IMG/VR virus record: IMGVR_UViG_3300042007_000202
Coordinates: 32,001 to 96,000 of that record
DNA: 64,000 bases
Origin: a virus
Direction: 5' to 3' (one strand)
A program made the translations under genes and the position numbers. This document shows, in pieces, positions 37,596-46,763 of this stretch. The notes under the pieces were generated by a model, which worked only from the letters and a program-made list of their open reading frames with translations, was not told where the DNA came from and did not search any database. How positions within the stretch are numbered: position 1 is the first letter of the stretch; each line of letters opens with the position of its first letter.

Positions 37596-38419
37596 TGGGC
37601 GTCTCCGCCCACGCGGATGGCGGCCTGGCCGAGGATCTTGTCCCACTCCAGCGGCGGGCTGCCGTGGTGGGCGGCTTCCAGGACGACGTTGGCGATGCGG
37701 ACGGCTGAGCACATCAGCGGGCCGGTGGGCTGGTCGCCCAGGTGCTCGCGCATGGCTTCGATGTCCAGCAGGAGCTGGCTCTTGGCGTCGACCTCCATCA
37801 CGAACACCATCTCGGCCAGGCCCTTGGCGGCGAGGGACTGTTCTCCGGCTACGCGGGCGCCCCGGCTGGTCTCCTGTTCGGGGGTCTCGGCGTAGTGGGC
37901 GCCGGACGGTCCGGCCTCCATCACCACGCCCCCGTCGTCGTCTTCGTCGCCGGTGTCGGGCAGCTCGGGCTCCACGCGGGCCATCAGGTCGTCGAGGAAG
38001 GCGTCGTCGTAGCCGGTGCCTTCCAGGCCGGTGTCGCTGTCGGCGATGTCGGACAGGAGTTCCGCCAGCAGGTAGTCGTTGCGCTTGGAGAGCTCGGCGG
38101 TGCGGTTGGCGGCGGCGACGATCTTCTTGGCGCGGGTGTTGTCCACGTCCACGCGGATGGCGTCCAGGTGGGTCCAGCCGATCCTTTCGGCGGCCTGGGT
38201 GACGTGGTTGTGGGAGAGGATGTAGCCGGTCGACTTCTGCACGATGACCGGTTCGAACAGGCCGTTCTCTGCGAGGCTCTCCGCGATGGCGTCCACGTCG
38301 CCTTCGTTGGGGTTGCCGGGGAACTGGCGCAGCTCGCTGATGGGGATGCGCTCCACCTGGCTCAGGAGGGAGTGCAGGTTCTCCGCCGTGTCGGCGGCGG
38401 CCGGGGCCTTGGGGGTCAT
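37592..38419 (-). CDS. ParB/Srx-like N-terminal domain protein
   Basis: GNPNEGDVDAIAESLAENGLFEPVIV..ILSHNH..AA..G..AANRTAE..GTGY. Confidence 0.75.
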   Translation of the reverse strand: MTPKAPAAADTAENLHSLLSQVERIPISELRQFPGNPNEGDVDAIAESLAENGLFEPVIVQKSTGYILSHNHVTQAAERIGWTHLDAIRVDVDNTRAKKIVAAANRTAELSKRNDYLLAELLSDIADSDTGLEGTGYDDAFLDDLMARVEPELPDTGDEDDDGGVVMEAGPSGAHYAETPEQETSRGARVAGEQSLAAKGLAEMVFVMEVDAKSQLLLDIEAMREHLGDQPTGPLMCSAVRIANVVLEAAHHGSPPLEWDKILGQAAIRVGGDAQ

Positions 38420-38558
38420 CGGATCTCCGTGGATCAGGGTGGTTCGACTACCCCGAAGATAGCTCTAGGTGACTGATCCGAAGCTCCCCGTGACGACACG
38501 CGCCGCGCCTCCCTGGTCTGTCGGGTGGCGCGGCGCGTGGGGGGAAGGGGGAGGGTTG

Positions 38559-39560
38559 TCAGGTGACGGGCACGGGGCGGCCGTGGCCTCCGGTGGGGTC
38601 GGGGGTGGTCTCCTCGTCTTCTCCTCCCCCGCCGCCGGGGTGGCAGATGGGGCACCAGGGCTGGTAGCTGACGTGGAACTTGCTGAGCATCATGCCCGCG
38701 ACCATGATCAGGAAGGCGGTAGCGGAGGCGGATCGGCTCCACGGCTCAGGGATGTAGGGGGCGCCGCACATCAGGGCCAGGGCGACGAAGATGCCTCGGT
38801 CGCTGAGCTGGTGGCTGAGGAAGAACCGCCTGCGCCGGGCGGAGGCGTACTCGGGGGCGTCGGTGCGGAACTCGTGGACGCACTTCTCGCACAGGGACAT
38901 CGTGTGCTGCCGGTCCATGAACAGGGCGAGGGCGAGGAAGACGAGGGACAGACCGCTGATGAGGGGGGCGGGCCCGGCCTTGGGGAGGAAGAGGGTGACG
39001 AGCGCGAACAGCATGGCTGCCAGCGACAGGTGGAAGCTGCGGTGGATGAGCCCCTCGGCGTGCGTCTTGATCCAGGTGTGCAGTTCGCCGCTGCTGGCGC
39101 GGCCGGGGTCGTTGAGCTGGTAGAAGCGGCGGGCGGAGAGGTAGCCGATGAGCAGGAGCACCAGCGTGAAGTGGACGGCCTGGGAGGTGGCGCTGAACGT
39201 GGTGTCGGCGTCGGCGTCGGCGTCCCGTCCGTCGGACAGCAGGGGCAGGCCGACGAACAGGAAGAGGAGCAGCAGCGCCATGACGACCAGGCCGTACCTG
39301 CCGTAGGCCAGCCAGAGCCGGTGCAGTGGCGTGCGCCGTTCTGCGGGGACGGGTGTGCAGTAGGCGCACGCGGTGGTGTAGCGGATGTGGAGGTATGCCA
39401 TGCACAGCAGGGCCCCGGCGATGATGGCGAGGGTCAGGCTGGCGGCGTGGATGGCCCAGTGGCGGCCGTCGATGTCGGTCAGGGGGACCTGGACGGCGGA
39501 CACCAGCAGCGCTGCCTTGAGCGCGTGGTGGACGAGGGGGGATGGCAGGGACAGTTTCAC
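38559..39560 (-). CDS. Multi-pass membrane protein with repeated H..CxxC motifs
   Basis: Several TM segments; HIRYTTACAYC, HTMSLCEKC, QPWCPICH; GTGA-coupled to the Xre gene. Confidence 0.7.
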   Translation of the reverse strand: MKLSLPSPLVHHALKAALLVSAVQVPLTDIDGRHWAIHAASLTLAIIAGALLCMAYLHIRYTTACAYCTPVPAERRTPLHRLWLAYGRYGLVVMALLLLFLFVGLPLLSDGRDADADADTTFSATSQAVHFTLVLLLIGYLSARRFYQLNDPGRASSGELHTWIKTHAEGLIHRSFHLSLAAMLFALVTLFLPKAGPAPLISGLSLVFLALALFMDRQHTMSLCEKCVHEFRTDAPEYASARRRRFFLSHQLSDRGIFVALALMCGAPYIPEPWSRSASATAFLIMVAGMMLSKFHVSYQPWCPICHPGGGGGEDEETTPDPTGGHGRPVPVT

Positions 39561-39832
39561 TCGGTCTCTCCGGGTTTCTCGAACTTGACGACCAGCCGTA
39601 CGCCGAGGGCTTGGGCGATGCGCAGGAGCAGTCCGAGGGAGGGGATGCCGTTCGCGCTCTCCACGACGGAGATGCGCGGTTGCTTGGTGCCAGCCTTCTC
39701 GGCCAGCCCCCCCTGGCTGAGCCCTTGTTGGGTGCGCAGCGTGAAGACTTCCTGTGCGATGGCGTAGGCCAGTTCCCTCTCTTGATCGTTCTGCGTGCTT
39801 TCGACGCCGTGTGTTTTCTTGAGCACCTTCAT
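39557..39832 (-). CDS. Xre-family HTH regulator
   Basis: LRTQQGLSQGGLAEKAGTKQPRISVVES..PSLGLLLRIAQALG. Confidence 0.9.
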   Translation of the reverse strand: MKVLKKTHGVESTQNDQERELAYAIAQEVFTLRTQQGLSQGGLAEKAGTKQPRISVVESANGIPSLGLLLRIAQALGVRLVVKFEKPGETE

Positions 39833-39865
39833 AACGCAAACGTTATCTTATACGGGTTGCGTTAT
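39831..39865. promoter_or_regulatory. AT-rich inverted repeat (candidate Xre operator)
   Basis: ATAACGCAA-17 nt-TTGCGTTAT abutting the Xre start codon. Confidence 0.6.
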
Positions 39866-39981
39866 ATGCCAAACCGGCTGGCTGGCGGGCCGGGCGAGCG
39901 GAAAGGAGAGGCGCCGCCCCCGGCAGCGGGGGCGGCGCGTGCGCCGCTCCTGTGGGCGCCCCCCTGCTCCAGAGCGCGGTT

Positions 39982-40257
39982 TCAGGGGGTGTCGGAGGGA
40001 GGGGTCGTGCAGGCTCGCACGAGCACCTTCCAGACCTTCACGGCGGACGCCGGGGCCGGGGCCTCGGCGCCGCTCTCCCAGAGCGCCAGGCGCCACGTGG
40101 GGACGTTGCAGGCGCGGGCCATGTCATCCACCGACCAGCCCGACAGCGTCCGCAGCCGGGTGGCCGTGCCGTCGCGGAGGGCCTGGAGCGCCAGCCGGGC
40201 GCGGTCGTTGTCGGTCAGGCGCGGCGGCGGGAAACGGTCGTCGGCCATGGGCGTCAT
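39982..40257 (-). CDS. Xre/Cro-like HTH protein
   Basis: LRTLSGWSVDDMARACNVPTWRLALWESG..P. Confidence 0.7.
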   Translation of the reverse strand: MTPMADDRFPPPRLTDNDRARLALQALRDGTATRLRTLSGWSVDDMARACNVPTWRLALWESGAEAPAPASAVKVWKVLVRACTTPPSDTP

Positions 40258-40414
40258 GTTGCCCGGCCGGGCGGGCGGCCGGGCGGCGACACACCTACAG
40301 CGGTCGGCCCGTCTGCGCGGACAGCGCGCAGGCCCCCGGCCGGTGTGCCGCCTGGGGGACAGAGCGGCGTACCGGCCGGGGGCCTGCGCAGGCGGCGAAC
40401 AGGGGGGGTGGTGC

Positions 40415-40768
40415 TCAACCGCCGGGCGCCAAGCTACCGCGCTGGTGCCACAGATCCCAGGCCGCCAGCGCCTCGGCGCGCCGTTCGGCCGGGTTCACCG
40501 GCTGGAAGTTCTCGCCGCCGTGACAGGAGCACTTGCCGAGCTGGTGGAACGGGGAGCCCACGGTCGTGCGCAGGAAGCACTCCCGGTGGTAGGCGACGGT
40601 GCCGAGCTGGCCGCCTTCCAGGACGGCCGGAATGACGACCCCCCGGTCACCCTCCTCGAAGGCCAGCGCGCAGAAGCCGCACAGCCTCCCCACGGGGGTG
40701 TCGGTGCGGGGGGCGGTGTCGCACAGGGGTGAGTCCCAGGGCTCACCGAAGTACGGGCTGGGGGTCAC
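40415..40768 (-). CDS. Hypothetical Zn-binding protein
   Basis: CGFC..YHREC..CSCH. Confidence 0.6.
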   Translation of the reverse strand: MTPSPYFGEPWDSPLCDTAPRTDTPVGRLCGFCALAFEEGDRGVVIPAVLEGGQLGTVAYHRECFLRTTVGSPFHQLGKCSCHGGENFQPVNPAERRAEALAAWDLWHQRGSLAPGG

Positions 40769-40781
40769 GGTTCTCCGGTCG

Positions 40782-41150
40782 TCAGGTCACGTCGGCCGGG
40801 CGCTTGGCCTTGGGCGGGACGTAGGTGAACAGGGCGGGCTGGAACTCGCCGTACGGGAGCAGGACCTGCTCCGGCGCGGCCAGGATGCGCACGCACTTCT
40901 GGCAGTTGACCGGCTTCCGCACGGCGCGCAGCGCCGTGGGCGACCAGCCGTAGACCGGGGTGTGGCAAAGGGGCTGGGGTACGAGTTCGCCGTACAGCCA
41001 GCGCTCGGAGTCGACGGCGTGGACCACATCGCTGTCGCGGACGGACATGCGCTGGCCGTCCGCGAACTTGAGTCGCATCTCGCGGGCGAACGCGCGCAGG
41101 TCCGCGACCGCGATGAGCGGCACGTCCTGAGGGTTCGTCTCTGTCGTCAT
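40782..41150 (-). CDS. Hypothetical Zn-binding protein
   Basis: VVHAV..PLCH..VNCQKC..QPALF. Confidence 0.65.
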   Translation of the reverse strand: MTTETNPQDVPLIAVADLRAFAREMRLKFADGQRMSVRDSDVVHAVDSERWLYGELVPQPLCHTPVYGWSPTALRAVRKPVNCQKCVRILAAPEQVLLPYGEFQPALFTYVPPKAKRPADVT

Positions 41151-41249
41151 GCCCTTATTGTCACCCGTTCGGTGCAGCGGTATCCAGGGTTTTCGGTGTG
41201 AGTGCGCCGCCGTGACGGCGTGTCACGATGTGTGCACTCGCTGAATGTG

Positions 41250-41522
41250 TTATCGGGGCAGCGCCACGGCCAGGCATGCGACGGCGTGTGTGGTCAGCAG
41301 GGCCATGCCGATGGCGACAGTGGGGAGAGCGTAAGTGCAGTGCTGGCGCCACACCCGGCGGGCGCGACGCTCTGTAGCCGCTACGGCGGACCGGTTGCCC
41401 GAAAGGGCGGCGCCGTGCGTCAGGGCGCGCACCCGGCGGGCCCTGACGTCGGCCAGGAAGCTGACGCCGAGGGTGACGGCGGCCACCACTGTGACGGTCG
41501 CCGGGGAGAGGGGCCACATCAT
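41250..41522 (-). CDS. Small membrane protein
   Basis: Hydrophobic N- and C-terminal segments; GGGGAGG RBS. Confidence 0.45.
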   Translation of the reverse strand: MMWPLSPATVTVVAAVTLGVSFLADVRARRVRALTHGAALSGNRSAVAATERRARRVWRQHCTYALPTVAIGMALLTTHAVACLAVALPR

Positions 41523-41539
41523 TCTGTACGCCTCCCCTC

Positions 41540-41821
41540 TCACGCCTGCTCGATGCGTTCGTGCGCTCCGCCCCACCATCCCGGCCGCTGCCGGGCGCGC
41601 GCCCGGTGCGCCCAGAAGGCTGCCGCTCCCCCGTTCACGCTGGCGCAGAGCCAGTTCACCCAAGAGGGGAGGCCGCTGGTGTACCAGGCGGTGACGGCCA
41701 GGGCGGAGTACAGCGCGCAGGCGGCGGTGCAGAAGCCGGGGCCGGTGGCTCTCCCGGCGAAGTAACCGAGTACGGCCGCCGCAGCCAGGCTTGCGGCGAA
41801 CAGGGTGGACGGGGTCAGCAA
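41540..41821 (-). CDS. Small membrane protein
   Basis: Three hydrophobic segments; TTG start with AGGA RBS. Confidence 0.55.
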   Translation of the reverse strand: MLTPSTLFAASLAAAAVLGYFAGRATGPGFCTAACALYSALAVTAWYTSGLPSWVNWLCASVNGGAAAFWAHRARARQRPGWWGGAHERIEQA

Positions 41822-42108
41822 CGGTCGTTCCTATCTGCGTGGATCAGGGAGGCGAGGTGGGCGTGCCGGGCCCGGCGGGCCGGGGCGGTGCGGGCGGCCA
41901 GGGCGAACAGGCAGGCGACCCCGCCGGGCATGAGCGCCCACCAGGTGCCCGTGCAGGCCACGGCGCCGGTCACCGCGAACTGGACCATGGCCGACAGGCG
42001 GTAGAAGCCCTCCGCCCCCACGCGGCGCGGCGCCAGCACGGAGACGCACGCCAGGGCGACCTGGAGGGTGGCGCCCACGGCGATGGCCCAGAGGGCGGAG
42101 TCGGGCAT
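41815..42108 (-). CDS. Small membrane protein
   Basis: Three hydrophobic segments; TGATG coupling. Confidence 0.6.
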   Translation of the reverse strand: MPDSALWAIAVGATLQVALACVSVLAPRRVGAEGFYRLSAMVQFAVTGAVACTGTWWALMPGGVACLFALAARTAPARRARHAHLASLIHADRNDRC

Positions 42109-43187
42109 CAGGCGACTTCCACCGTCTGGAGGAACTGCCCCAGGGCGTGGACTTCGCGGCCGGTGTGCTTGTGGCGGGTGAGCTGCCTGGCCTTGAGGCG
42201 CCCGAGCGCCTTGTGCGCGTCGGACTTCACGCAGTAGGCGAAGCCGTCCCCGGGGATGCTCAGGAGCAGGAAGCGGATGCGGTGGGCGGCCATCTCGGGG
42301 TCGGGGTCCAGGGTGGCCTCCCCGATCCGCATGAGCTGACGGTCCATCCAGCCCAGGGTGGGGTCTTCCAGGGCGTGGGCCTGGGCCTCGGCCTGGCGGT
42401 CGGCGTCACCGAGGGCGGCGTACGCTCCGGCCGAGGAGAACCACACCTTGGTCGCGCTGTAGTGGAGGGCGTGGTGCGGCTCCAGGGCGCCGTGCACGCG
42501 GGGGATGTTGGCCTGGGCGGTGGCCAGGTCGGCGCGGGCGGCTTCCTTGTTGCCGAAGACGGCGTGGGCGTTGGCGCGGTGGGTGTAGGCCATGAGCAGT
42601 GCCGGGCCGCCGTGGTGTTCGGCCGCCTTGATGATGTTCTCCGTCCGGCGGAGCACGGTGTTCCACTTGCCGGAGTACATGGGGACCCAGTTGGCCTGGG
42701 CGCTGATGAAGGCGCGCAGGTCGGGGTTGGCGTCCCCGGCGGCGTGGTGGCCGCGCGAGTACAGCTCGGTCGCGGCGCGCATGTGGCCGAAGTCCACGTA
42801 GCACCCGGCGGCGAAGGCGGCGGCTTCGGCGGCGAGGCGGCGGGCCTCGTTGCGCCGGTTGGCCGGGGCCCCGTCGCGCAGGGCGTTGGCCTGGGCGTAG
42901 AGCCACAGACCGGAGTCGCGGACCTCGTGATGGTTGGTCATGCCGGGCTCGGTGACGTAGTGCCGGGCCAGGTAGTCCAGCTCGTGGCGGGCGCGGGTGA
43001 AGCGCTCCTGCCAGGTCCCGGACTGGAGGGTGTGGTCGCCGTCGGGGGTTTCGGCGGCGCTGGCCGCCCATTCGGGAAGGCCGGTGGCGGCGAAGCCGAG
43101 GGCGGCGGCGATGAGTGCGCGTCGGCGCATGATGACAGGGTCCTTGTCGTCCGGAGGTGCAGAGGCGGATGAGCGGATGAGGTACAC
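42108..43187 (-). CDS. TPR-like helical protein (Streptomyces XRE-TPR regulator body, no HTH)
   Basis: MRRRALIAAA motif; AAFAAGCYVDFG..AATELY; YMPMYSG-type segment; paralogue of the adjacent gene. Confidence 0.65.
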   Translation of the reverse strand: MYLIRSSASAPPDDKDPVIMRRRALIAAALGFAATGLPEWAASAAETPDGDHTLQSGTWQERFTRARHELDYLARHYVTEPGMTNHHEVRDSGLWLYAQANALRDGAPANRRNEARRLAAEAAAFAAGCYVDFGHMRAATELYSRGHHAAGDANPDLRAFISAQANWVPMYSGKWNTVLRRTENIIKAAEHHGGPALLMAYTHRANAHAVFGNKEAARADLATAQANIPRVHGALEPHHALHYSATKVWFSSAGAYAALGDADRQAEAQAHALEDPTLGWMDRQLMRIGEATLDPDPEMAAHRIRFLLLSIPGDGFAYCVKSDAHKALGRLKARQLTRHKHTGREVHALGQFLQTVEVA

Positions 43188-43224
43188 GACTTCGCTCCTT
43201 GGAAGGCGTGCCGGGTGGCAGGAG

Positions 43225-44334
43225 TCAGTGGCCGGTGATGCGGAGCAGGTGCAGGCGGAGTGCTTGGACGGTGTCGCTGCGGGGGTCGCGCTGGGCGGCG
43301 CGGATCGCGACGGCGCGGGCGCGGCCGACGATGGGCTCGGGGGGGTGGTCGTATCCGCGCAGAATGGTGAGGGCGTGGTGGGCGGCGGCGGCCGGGTCCC
43401 GGGTGACTTCGGCGCGGCCCATGTCGAGCATCGGCCGGTGCATCTGGCTGACGCTGGAGTCGCTCATGGCGGCTTCGTAGGCCTTGGCGTGACGGCGGCC
43501 GTCACCGAGGCTGGCGTAGACCTCGGCGGTGGCGAGGCGGAGCTTGACCCACGCGAAGCGCTGGGGGTGGTGGGGGGCGGGCAGGCTGGCGCTCCCCGCG
43601 TCCCTGTAGTGGCCCATCGAGCCGTAGGCCAGCCGCATGGCCTGCTCGGTGGTGTGGGTGTCCCCCAGGGCCGCGTAGGAGCGCGCCAGCAGGGCGTAGG
43701 CGGCCACGGCCGCGCGCCCGCCGGGCCGGGTGGCCTTGGCCAGGTGGCTGAGGGCGGTGGTGGCGGTGTCGATGGAGCGCTCGAACTTCCCCGCGTACAG
43801 CGGCATGTAGGCGCGGCCGGTGTAGATGGTCGCCGTCATCTCGTGGTTCCCGGCTTCCTGGGCGGCGCGGAGGGCCGCGCCGTACATCTTGACCGCTGCG
43901 GCGCGCTGGCGGCGGTCGCCGTAGATCATGGCGCACTGGCGGGCGGCCTCGGCTTCCACGGTCAGGGCGCGGCGGAACTGTTCGGCGTTGCGGGCGGAGC
44001 GCTTGGCCGCGACGTGCGCCTGGGCCCACTGCCACAGCGCCACGTCGAGCAGTTCGGCGCGGGCGGGGGCGGAGGCGGGGCTGACGTAGGCGGCGCCGGT
44101 CTTCCAGATGTCGGCGGCGATGTCGTTGATGGCGGTGGGCAGGGTGACGGACCCGTCGAGCCTGTTGGGCGCGTTGACGGCGGCCTCGGCGAGGTTCGCG
44201 GGGAGTAACCCGGCTCCGGTCGCGGAGACGACAGCAGCGATGAAGCGGCGGCGTCGCATCGGCTCCTCCTTGGCTCTGACTCGGGGCGCCCAGCTCGGGC
44301 GCCGGGGCACGGGGGGCGGTGTCGCTGTCGTCAT
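43225..44334 (-). CDS. TPR-like helical protein, paralogue of 42108..43187; contains a TTA codon
   Basis: MRRRRFIAAVV; RAYMPLYAG; ARSYAALGD; TTA at 44206-44208. Confidence 0.65.
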   Translation of the reverse strand: MTTATPPPVPRRPSWAPRVRAKEEPMRRRRFIAAVVSATGAGLLPANLAEAAVNAPNRLDGSVTLPTAINDIAADIWKTGAAYVSPASAPARAELLDVALWQWAQAHVAAKRSARNAEQFRRALTVEAEAARQCAMIYGDRRQRAAAVKMYGAALRAAQEAGNHEMTATIYTGRAYMPLYAGKFERSIDTATTALSHLAKATRPGGRAAVAAYALLARSYAALGDTHTTEQAMRLAYGSMGHYRDAGSASLPAPHHPQRFAWVKLRLATAEVYASLGDGRRHAKAYEAAMSDSSVSQMHRPMLDMGRAEVTRDPAAAAHHALTILRGYDHPPEPIVGRARAVAIRAAQRDPRSDTVQALRLHLLRITGH

Positions 44335-44347
44335 GATGGCTTGGTCC

Positions 44348-44962
44348 TCAGTCGAGGGGGGCCGTGCGGGCGGCCAGTTGGCGGGAACCGAACGTGGCGC
44401 GGGCCGCCCACACGGCGAGCGTCGCGCGGAATGCGGGCAGGAGCAGGGGGGCGTGGTCGGCCTGTTCGCACAGGCGCGCCCACTGCCACTCGGCCTCCCG
44501 GGTGTTCCTGCTGTGAAGGTGCAGGGCGAAGGTCTGGAGCTGGAGGCGTGCGGCGGCGAAGGCGGCGTGCTGTTCGGCGGGGGGTGTGGCCAGCCGCCGG
44601 TGGGCGGCCGTGCTCTCCAGCAGCGCGGCGGCCTCCAGGTCGCCGTCGGGGACGGCCCAGGACAGGGAGGGCGCGTCCGTGCTGGGGCGGCCCTGGCAGA
44701 CGCGGCGGACGAGTTCCGTGCACAGGAAGAACTCGCCCGGCGCGCCGTAGTGCACGGCCGCCCACTCCCCGTGGCTGACGGCCTCACGGGGGCGGCCGGT
44801 GGCCGCGCAGACGAGCAGGCGGCGGGCGTGGTAGCCGATGTCTTCCGCGCCCTCCAGGTCCACGGTGCGGTGCTTTCCGGTGCAGCCGTCGCCCTCGTGG
44901 TGAGCGCTACGGCCGGGCGGTGGAGTCATCGGGGCCTCACTCTCTGTGTCAGTGGTACCCAT
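44348..44962 (-). CDS. Hypothetical protein
   Basis: Follows promoter-like cassette at 44954-45002; true start may be the second Met. Confidence 0.55.
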   Translation of the reverse strand: MGTTDTESEAPMTPPPGRSAHHEGDGCTGKHRTVDLEGAEDIGYHARRLLVCAATGRPREAVSHGEWAAVHYGAPGEFFLCTELVRRVCQGRPSTDAPSLSWAVPDGDLEAAALLESTAAHRRLATPPAEQHAAFAAARLQLQTFALHLHSRNTREAEWQWARLCEQADHAPLLLPAFRATLAVWAARATFGSRQLAARTAPLD

Positions 44963-45030
44963 GATTATCGGTCGCGCATGCCGTGTGCAAGCTGCATGTC
45001 ACATTACCGCCCGGCTTTGTGCTCAGCCGG

Positions 45031-45831
45031 TTACGGTTTGCGACGGAGCGCCGACCGGGCCATGTATCCGCCGCCGTTGTTCCAGCCGGGGCTGATGGAC
45101 GCGTCGGAGACCACCTCCCGCCCCTGGGCCACCTCCTCGTAGCGGGCGGCCATGGCGTCGTGGTGACGAACGCCGTAGGCGGCCGTGCCCAGGATGGCGG
45201 CGCCCTTGATCAGCTCCGTGGGGTCCTTGCGGTCGGGCGACTTGAACAGCTCGGCTGCGATGGCGCGCCGGTCGCGGGAGGTGTGAGCGGCGACCAGGGC
45301 GGCATGCAGGTAGGGGAGCCACCGCTTGGTCAGGTTGATACCGGCCTCGGTCTCGGCCAGGCCTTGCTGGAGCGCCAGGTGGGGGGCGAGGCCCTCCTGC
45401 TGGAGCTTCTGCTGCTTGTCGGCGGCCATGCGCAGCCGCTGCTCTTCGGTGGCCTCGATGACGATGAGCGTTCGCAGGTCCACGGCTCCGACCAGGTCGC
45501 GGAAGCGGCTGTCGCGGGTGAGCGGGGCGGTCTCGATCTGCGCGATCCACTCGGACATCACGTCGATCGGGCCTCGCCAGCCGTAGTCGTTCCACAGCAG
45601 CCTGAGGGCGCCGATCACGCGTTCCAGGTCGTCCATGTGCGCCACGGTCGCGATCGCCTGGGCGTATTCGGCGCTGTCACGCTTGGGCGGCGCGGGGGGC
45701 TGCGCGTCGTCCACTGCGGCCAGGGCGAGAGCCAGGAACTCGGCCAGGAAACCGGCCGCGCCCTCCTCCGCGCCGGTGTCGATGACGGTGGCGACGTTGG
45801 GGTCGAACAGGTCGGCCAGGAATTCATCCAT
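45031..45831 (-). CDS. Hypothetical helical protein
   Basis: AAGGAG RBS; MDEFLADLFDP... Confidence 0.7.
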   Translation of the reverse strand: MDEFLADLFDPNVATVIDTGAEEGAAGFLAEFLALALAAVDDAQPPAPPKRDSAEYAQAIATVAHMDDLERVIGALRLLWNDYGWRGPIDVMSEWIAQIETAPLTRDSRFRDLVGAVDLRTLIVIEATEEQRLRMAADKQQKLQQEGLAPHLALQQGLAETEAGINLTKRWLPYLHAALVAAHTSRDRRAIAAELFKSPDRKDPTELIKGAAILGTAAYGVRHHDAMAARYEEVAQGREVVSDASISPGWNNGGGYMARSALRRKP

Positions 45832-45902
45832 GTTCACGGGGCTCCTTGATGTGCGGACGCCCGCCAGCCGGGCGGCTGGCGGGCGGGTGGGGCAGTGTGT
45901 GG

Positions 45903-46763
45903 TCAGTCGCGTGCGGGAGCGGCCTTGGTGTCGCCCTCGGCGCACATGGCGTTCGCGGTCTCGGCGTGCCACCAGAACGTTCCGTAGCGGCCGTCGGTAT
46001 GCAGGATGCGCCCGGCGCAGTGCGCGCACCGGACGAGCGGCTGCGACTCGATGCAGGCCTTGGTTCCGGCGTCCAGGATCGTGTGCAGCACGGCCACGCT
46101 GAGGTCGCCGCTCGCGTGGATGTGCACGGATGCCTCGCGCTGGGAGGGCGGCAGTGCGGCCGTCTTGTCTCCCGGCGGGTTGTCCAGGTACGCCGTGAAG
46201 CTGGCTTCGCCGCCCTTGCGGCCGTTGCCGAGCAGGGCCGCCTTGCGCAGGGCCCGGCGCAGCCCCGGGAAGCGGCGGGCTATCTCGTCGCGCTCCGCCT
46301 TCTTGGCGGCGGCGCGGGCCTCCCGATCGGCGTTCTGCGTCGCCGTCTTCTCGCTGGCGAGCGCTTGCAGGTAGTCGCGGGCCTGCTGGGGGTCGACCAG
46401 GTATGTGGTGCGGCCGGGGCCCCACGGGCTGGGGGCCGGTAGGCCGTTGTCCTTGGTGAGGATGATGCGTCGTTCGGGGCCGCCCTCCACCGTCTCGGCG
46501 GAGATGTAGTGGGGGCCGACTGCGGCGGCCTGCGCTCCGGGCAGTTCGACGGTCCAGTGGCGAGACGGTGTCAGTTCGAGGAGCGCGCCGGAGGCGCAGG
46601 CGGCGCGGAGCCACTTTCGGGCGGTGCCCGTGGTGACGTGGGTGCGCTCCGCGACCTTCTCTGCGACCTCCGCCATGGAGAGCAGGCCGGGCGTGGCGGC
46701 GTGAATCGCCTCCAGGGCGATCGTGGCCGCTTGGTCGGCCTTCGTCGGTGGGGTGGTGGGCAT
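45903..46763 (-). CDS. wHTH-like N-terminus plus C-terminal CxxC protein
   Basis: LLSMAEVAEKV..TARKWLRAACASG; CAHC..WWH..C. Confidence 0.6.
   Translation of the reverse strand: MPTTPPTKADQAATIALEAIHAATPGLLSMAEVAEKVAERTHVTTGTARKWLRAACASGALLELTPSRHWTVELPGAQAAAVGPHYISAETVEGGPERRIILTKDNGLPAPSPWGPGRTTYLVDPQQARDYLQALASEKTATQNADREARAAAKKAERDEIARRFPGLRRALRKAALLGNGRKGGEASFTAYLDNPPGDKTAALPPSQREASVHIHASGDLSVAVLHTILDAGTKACIESQPLVRCAHCAGRILHTDGRYGTFWWHAETANAMCAEGDTKAAPARD

Noticed and set aside
39557-39832. HigA antitoxin of a complete HigBA pair
   Set aside because: No RelE/HigB toxin ORF upstream; kept as a generic Xre regulator
7652-41227. GTGAC-N5-GTCAC palindromes (7652, 41212) as CRP or matS sites
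   Set aside because: Spacing fits neither consensus and only two copies were seen
42108-44334. Tat-secreted enzymes suggested by RRR motifs
   Set aside because: The motif also occurs internally in cytoplasmic Streptomyces XRE-TPR regulators and no catalytic domain is evident; left unresolved rather than called
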